Below are positions 60,099-64,000 of a stretch of 64,000 nt of DNA, one piece after another; the first letter of the stretch is position 1, and every line of letters begins with the position of its first letter. The position numbers were made by a program, and so were the translations under genes. This stretch comes from Euryarchaeota archaeon RBG_16_67_27. GTDB taxonomy: Archaea; Thermoplasmatota; Thermoplasmata; RBG-16-68-12. The DNA lies in NCBI GenBank assembly GCA_001800745.1, contig MGVZ01000040.1:1875-65874 (forward strand), in the 5' to 3' direction. The notes beneath the pieces are model-generated. The model searched no databases and was not told the origin of the DNA. It saw only the letters and a program-made list of their open reading frames with translations.

Positions 60099-62135
60099 TC
60101 ATATCCGGAACAGCTGTCCTCCCCGCCTGCCCATTCGCGTCATCACGGCGATGAACACTAGGGAGAGGAGGAGGACAATCGTCGATGCCGCGTTCACACG
60201 CGGCGTGATGATCTTCTTCGAGATCAAGCCATAGATGAACATGGGCATCGTTACGACGCCGCCGCCCGCGAGGAACAGGGTGACGGGCAGCTCATCGAAA
60301 GAGAACGTGAAACCCAGGAGAATCGCGGAGATGATTCCCGGCATGATGTTCGGCAGGGTCACTCGGAAGAACGTCGTCATCTCGTCCGCGCCCAGGTTCA
60401 TCGCGGCCTCCTCGAGCGTCCTGTCGAACTCCCGGAAGCTGATGATCAGGACGAGGGTGGCGAGCGGGATGTTGAACGTCGTGTGGCCGACGACGACGCT
60501 CGCGAGGCCGAACTCCCACTGGATGGGAGTCGGGAACCCATATCCGAGGGAGAGCGGGCCGAGCATGTAGAAGTTCAGGAAGCGGATGAGAATCGCAAGG
60601 GATACGCCCATGACGAGGCTGGGGATCACGAGGCCGAGGTACATCAGGGTCCGGAGGAGCCCGCGGATCCGGAACGTGTACCGGGTGATCGCGAACGCGG
60701 CGAGCATCCCGAACAGCACCGCAAGGAGGGATGACAGGCCAGCGATAACGAAGCTGTAGAAGATCGACGAGAGCGCCACCTCGTCCTCGAAGAGGCCATC
60801 GCGATCGGGTCGTCCAAGCCACCAATCGAGGGAGAACCCTCCGAAGGTGACGACGGAGTCGATGCTGTTGAACGAGAACACTGCGACGATGATCAACGGG
60901 ACGAAGAACATGAGGAGCATGATCGCGGTCGCCGCCCCCAGGAGGTACTTCCCCGCCCTTTCGGCAACGACATCGAGGGCCCGTTCCCACGCTGCCTTCT
61001 TGATTGGGGTCTCGTGGTGAGATGCGCGCAGCGCCGGAGCGGCGACGGGTTCGCCTCCGTCCGTTGCGATGGCCGACGGTTCCGACGCCTTGCCGATTCC
61101 GAGCCTCTTCTTCAGGAAGGCCAACAGGGGCCCGATCACGCGAGACCTGACCTCCGTCTCACCCTCCTCCTCCAACTCCGCATACTTCCGGTAGGCGCTG
61201 ATGAGGAGGACGGTAACGACGATGATGAACAGCGCGGACGCGGACGCCTGTGGGAGCCCACCGGTGAAGCTGAATTGAGTTTGCACGTAGTTCCCGATGA
61301 ACTGCCACGCACCGCCTCCGACCATGTCGGGCTCGATGAACGCCCCGACCGACGTGATGAAGACGAGGATGGAACCGACAATCATCGCGGGGTACGTCAG
61401 CGGCAGCGTGACGTGCAGGAATGCCCTCCAGCGGCTGGCGCCGAGGTCGTACGCGGCCTCCAGGAGGATCGGGTCCACTTTCGACAGGGACGCAAAGAGC
61501 GGCAAGATCATGAACGGAAGCCAGACATACATCAGCGTGAACACGACCATCTGGCCCGTGCCGAGCTCGAAGAATCCCAGGATCAAGTCGCTGAGCACGC
61601 CCAGTCCCCAGCTGTTGAGACCCGTGTGGACGAAGGACTCCTCCGCCGTGAACGGGAAGACCGCATAGATACGGACGACGAAGCTTACCCAGAAGGGGAT
61701 CACGACGAGCCCCATGAGGAGACCGCGCCACTTCTCCTTCGCGACGCGCGCGATGTAGTACGCCATGACGTAACCGAGCGCGAGGGACACGATTGTCGTG
61801 AGCGCCGCCATCCCGAACGTACGCAGGAGAAGCGGGATGACGATCGCGTCTGGAGCGATGGAGATTGCGTCCTGATAGTTCGACGGGTCGAACGGCCAGA
61901 TCTGCAGGATGTACGACTCATCGTACCATGCGAAGCCGTAGAGCGCGACGAAGAACAGGGGCACGACGAGGAACAGAAGCAGCCAGAACGTGGGGGAGAT
62001 CAGTATGAGGAACAGTCGCAGCTGGCCCGCGCCGCGTGTCGCGCGGGCAATCCTCTTACCGAGGCTTACGAGCGCGGTCTCCTTCGGTTTCTGAGTCGGC
62101 GTCTGGCGAGCCTGATCCGCCGGGCGCGTCGCCAT
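60099..62135 (-). CDS. fused ABC transporter permease (PotB-like + PotC-like halves in one polypeptide)
   Basis: From ORF 60099..62246; ATG 62135. It has two full binding-protein-dependent permease modules, each with an EAA-type loop (LEAAYDLGASRWRAFLHVTLP and LEEAAMNLGADEMTTFFRVTLP). Confidence 0.85.
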   Translation of the reverse strand: MATRPADQARQTPTQKPKETALVSLGKRIARATRGAGQLRLFLILISPTFWLLLFLVVPLFFVALYGFAWYDESYILQIWPFDPSNYQDAISIAPDAIVIPLLLRTFGMAALTTIVSLALGYVMAYYIARVAKEKWRGLLMGLVVIPFWVSFVVRIYAVFPFTAEESFVHTGLNSWGLGVLSDLILGFFELGTGQMVVFTLMYVWLPFMILPLFASLSKVDPILLEAAYDLGASRWRAFLHVTLPLTYPAMIVGSILVFITSVGAFIEPDMVGGGAWQFIGNYVQTQFSFTGGLPQASASALFIIVVTVLLISAYRKYAELEEEGETEVRSRVIGPLLAFLKKRLGIGKASEPSAIATDGGEPVAAPALRASHHETPIKKAAWERALDVVAERAGKYLLGAATAIMLLMFFVPLIIVAVFSFNSIDSVVTFGGFSLDWWLGRPDRDGLFEDEVALSSIFYSFVIAGLSSLLAVLFGMLAAFAITRYTFRIRGLLRTLMYLGLVIPSLVMGVSLAILIRFLNFYMLGPLSLGYGFPTPIQWEFGLASVVVGHTTFNIPLATLVLIISFREFDRTLEEAAMNLGADEMTTFFRVTLPNIMPGIISAILLGFTFSFDELPVTLFLAGGGVVTMPMFIYGLISKKIITPRVNAASTIVLLLSLVFIAVMTRMGRRGGQLFRI

Positions 62136-62289
62136 TCCTCCCGACCCCGAAGGAAAGGTTGAATCCTCTTTAACGCTTTGGATTAGACCTGTCTGGCCTC
62201 GCATCGTGAGTGGGCAACGCTTATATCGCACGGCGCGCCTCTCCAATGAACGGGCGGAGTTGCCCCTCCAAGATGGGGGTGCGGAAACC

Positions 62290-63996
62290 GTGGCGACCCA
62301 GACGCCTCCGAGTGGAGTTTCCCGGCGGTCATTCGTGAAGTACGCCGCAATCGGCGGCCTTGCTGCGGTCGGAGTGGCTTCCGGCCTCGTGTATCCCCGA
62401 GGCTGGCAGGCATGGGTAAACTACGGAAAGAAGGACTGGGAGACCGCCCCCGGCGTCGTCGACTACAACAAGGTGCTCCAGCTCGGCTGGGGACCCGCCT
62501 CCCTCGGTTTCCGCAATGACATCCGGAACGCGCCGCCGTCCCAGAGGATCCTGAATGTCGCGCAGTGGTACGACTACTGGCCGGGGCGCGTTCTCCGTGA
62601 TTTCGGCATCTACATGGAGAGGCGATGGGGGGTCACCGGCGTCCAGGTGAACTGGACCTCGAACATCTACACCTCGAACGAGGAGCTCTTCACCTGGGTC
62701 ACCCAGACGGGCCGCAAGTTCGACGCGATGTTCCCGACGAACTACACGGTCGAGACGATGGAGAAGGCCGGGATCCTCGTGAACATGAACAAGGCGTGGC
62801 TCCCGAACTACTTGAACATCTTCGGGCTCGTCCCCTCTCCTCTGCCCGACCCGCGGGACGCGGCACATGCGACGCCTTGGGCCCCGGAGATTCCATCTCA
62901 GAGGACGTACCCTGCCTTCGACACCGACGGCGACACGGTCCCGGACTACAACAACTCGGCGCGGGTCGACTTCCGTGACCCGGTTCTCAATGGCTACGCG
63001 TACCGCGGCAACACGTCGACGTACCCGACGCAGAAGCCCCATCCCCAGGACGGGGCCTGGGGGGAACAGGATGGGATGGTCGCCGTCCCGTACCAATGGG
63101 GCACGACCGGGATCGGCTACCGGTCGGACGTGTTCCGCAAGCAGGACATCGAAGCGCTGGGCTGGGAGGCCTTCGAGCTCTCGGACTATACGAACCCCGA
63201 CCGGATCGATCCGGACTCCGGGCAACCGATGGTGTTCGACCTCACGAAGAAAAAAATGATGCTCGACGACATGCGCGAGGTGTTCACCGCCGCCTTCAAG
63301 GCGCGAGGATGGAAGGAGCAGGTCGCAGAGGGCATCGACCCGCCCACCGGGATCACCCGCAACCCCGATCCCCCGTACGACGGCGAGTTCCAGTGGTCCG
63401 CGAACGAGACGGAGACCGCGAAGCTCGCGTCGGCCGCGGAGTGGCTGCAGTCGTTCCAGGGCTCATCGTGGGGGTTCAACACTCCCCAGCAGGGACCCTG
63501 GCTCGTCAGCGGCGAGCGGTACTTCGACCAGGCGTGGTCAGGCGACATCATGTACGCCGTCCGGCCCAACCTCGAGATCCATCCCCCGGTCGACTACTTC
63601 GTCCCGAGGCAGGGCGGGGCGCGCTGGATCGACAACGCCGTGATCCACCGCGAATGCGAGCGACTCTGGCTCACGCACGAGTTCATCAATTACATCCAGG
63701 ATCCCGCGGTGCAGGCGGCGATCTCCTCCTGGAACCTGTACGCCACCCCGAACGCCTGGACGTTCGAGGTCCTCCACAACGACCCCGCGTACAGCACGGG
63801 GACGAGGGGCATAACCCAGTACTACTGGAACCCCGCGGAGGACACGCGGACCTACGCGGACATCGCGCGGGACCCCGTGGACGGGGTTGGCCCGTACACC
63901 GGGCCTCCGATTCTCAACCGCTGCGAGTACCAGAAGGACGTCGGCGTGCGCAATACGCTTACATACTTCAAGTACTGGCGGACCGTGAAGTTCTGA
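62290..63996 (+). CDS. extracellular solute-binding protein (PotD/PotF-like, family 1) with twin-arginine signal
   Basis: From ORF 62206..63996. Start set to GTG 62290 (GGGGGTG lies 9 nt upstream; the TATA-like TTATAT is at 62221-62226). The N-terminus is ..SRRSFVKYAAIGGLAAVGVASG (Tat-type RR signal). About 568 aa, which is much longer than a typical roughly 350-aa PotD. The start could also be TTG 62260. Confidence 0.8.
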   Translation: MATQTPPSGVSRRSFVKYAAIGGLAAVGVASGLVYPRGWQAWVNYGKKDWETAPGVVDYNKVLQLGWGPASLGFRNDIRNAPPSQRILNVAQWYDYWPGRVLRDFGIYMERRWGVTGVQVNWTSNIYTSNEELFTWVTQTGRKFDAMFPTNYTVETMEKAGILVNMNKAWLPNYLNIFGLVPSPLPDPRDAAHATPWAPEIPSQRTYPAFDTDGDTVPDYNNSARVDFRDPVLNGYAYRGNTSTYPTQKPHPQDGAWGEQDGMVAVPYQWGTTGIGYRSDVFRKQDIEALGWEAFELSDYTNPDRIDPDSGQPMVFDLTKKKMMLDDMREVFTAAFKARGWKEQVAEGIDPPTGITRNPDPPYDGEFQWSANETETAKLASAAEWLQSFQGSSWGFNTPQQGPWLVSGERYFDQAWSGDIMYAVRPNLEIHPPVDYFVPRQGGARWIDNAVIHRECERLWLTHEFINYIQDPAVQAAISSWNLYATPNAWTFEVLHNDPAYSTGTRGITQYYWNPAEDTRTYADIARDPVDGVGPYTGPPILNRCEYQKDVGVRNTLTYFKYWRTVKF

Positions 63997-64000
63997 AGGC

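Noticed and set aside
1-64000. Search by eye for CRISPR arrays, IS elements or transposases, integrases, toxin-antitoxin or known defence genes, and rRNA
   Set aside because: No regularly spaced direct repeats, no DDE, tyrosine or serine recombinase motifs and no rRNA-like stretches were noticed. The only DNA-level tandem repeat is the 6 x 24-nt coding array at 32763-32906. The KNTase-like nucleotidyltransferase (5674..6384) is a single fused protein without an adjacent HEPN partner, so it was not called a toxin-antitoxin pair.

Overview
GC-rich archaeal chromosomal window, with no obvious mobile DNA. Roughly two-thirds G+C by eye, not computed. The archaeal call rests on four things. There is a group II chaperonin (thermosome) and a Cdc48 ATPase. 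One tRNA carries a bulge-helix-bulge intron at position 37/38. Several genes have A/T-rich TATA-like boxes centred about 26 nt upstream of their start codons, suggesting leaderless or near-leaderless transcripts. I support about 65 protein-coding genes, 2 tRNAs (Thr-GGU with intron, Leu-CAG) and several candidate promoters or operators. I saw no rRNA, CRISPR array, transposase, integrase or IS element.

Content from left to right:
- 0.4-13.6 kb: a sulfur-handling neighbourhood. It holds an ArsR regulator divergent from DsrE-like/TusA/SQR, a tandem-rhodanese gene divergent from Rieske+FNR-like genes, and a GcvH-like::TusA-like fusion.
- 13.8-23.1 kb: two large secreted surface proteins, one with 4 PEGA-like repeats and one with a duplicated LamG-like+PKD unit.
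- 23-28.5 kb: housekeeping genes (nitroreductase, CrtI-like oxidoreductase, NFACT/Rqc2, HtpX).
- 28.5-32.7 kb: two tandem glutamine synthetases with a divergent Lrp/AsnC regulator.
- 32.7-35.4 kb: a zinc-ribbon/NfeD/flotillin operon plus an untracked 54-aa ORF.
- 38.2-42.2 kb: Cdc48, then a SHOCT-bactofilin-like gene divergent from a wHTH-SHOCT regulator.
- 43.2-48.7 kb: a thermosome-grpE-dnaK-dnaJ chaperone block.
- 48.8-54.4 kb: IMPase/NAD kinase/JAMM, then UDP-sugar genes (GT4, GlmU-like, GlmM).
- 55.9-64.0 kb: a polyamine-type ABC importer with aminotransferase and aldehyde dehydrogenase.

All family assignments come from motif and pattern recognition on the supplied translations. No database search was run. 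The very long ORFs antisense to real genes are treated as GC-driven artefacts. The observations I rate most worth follow-up are:
- the GcvH-like::TusA-like fusion
- the SHOCT-linked bactofilin/regulator pair
- the ArsR-controlled DsrE/TusA/SQR module
- the extended flotillin operon
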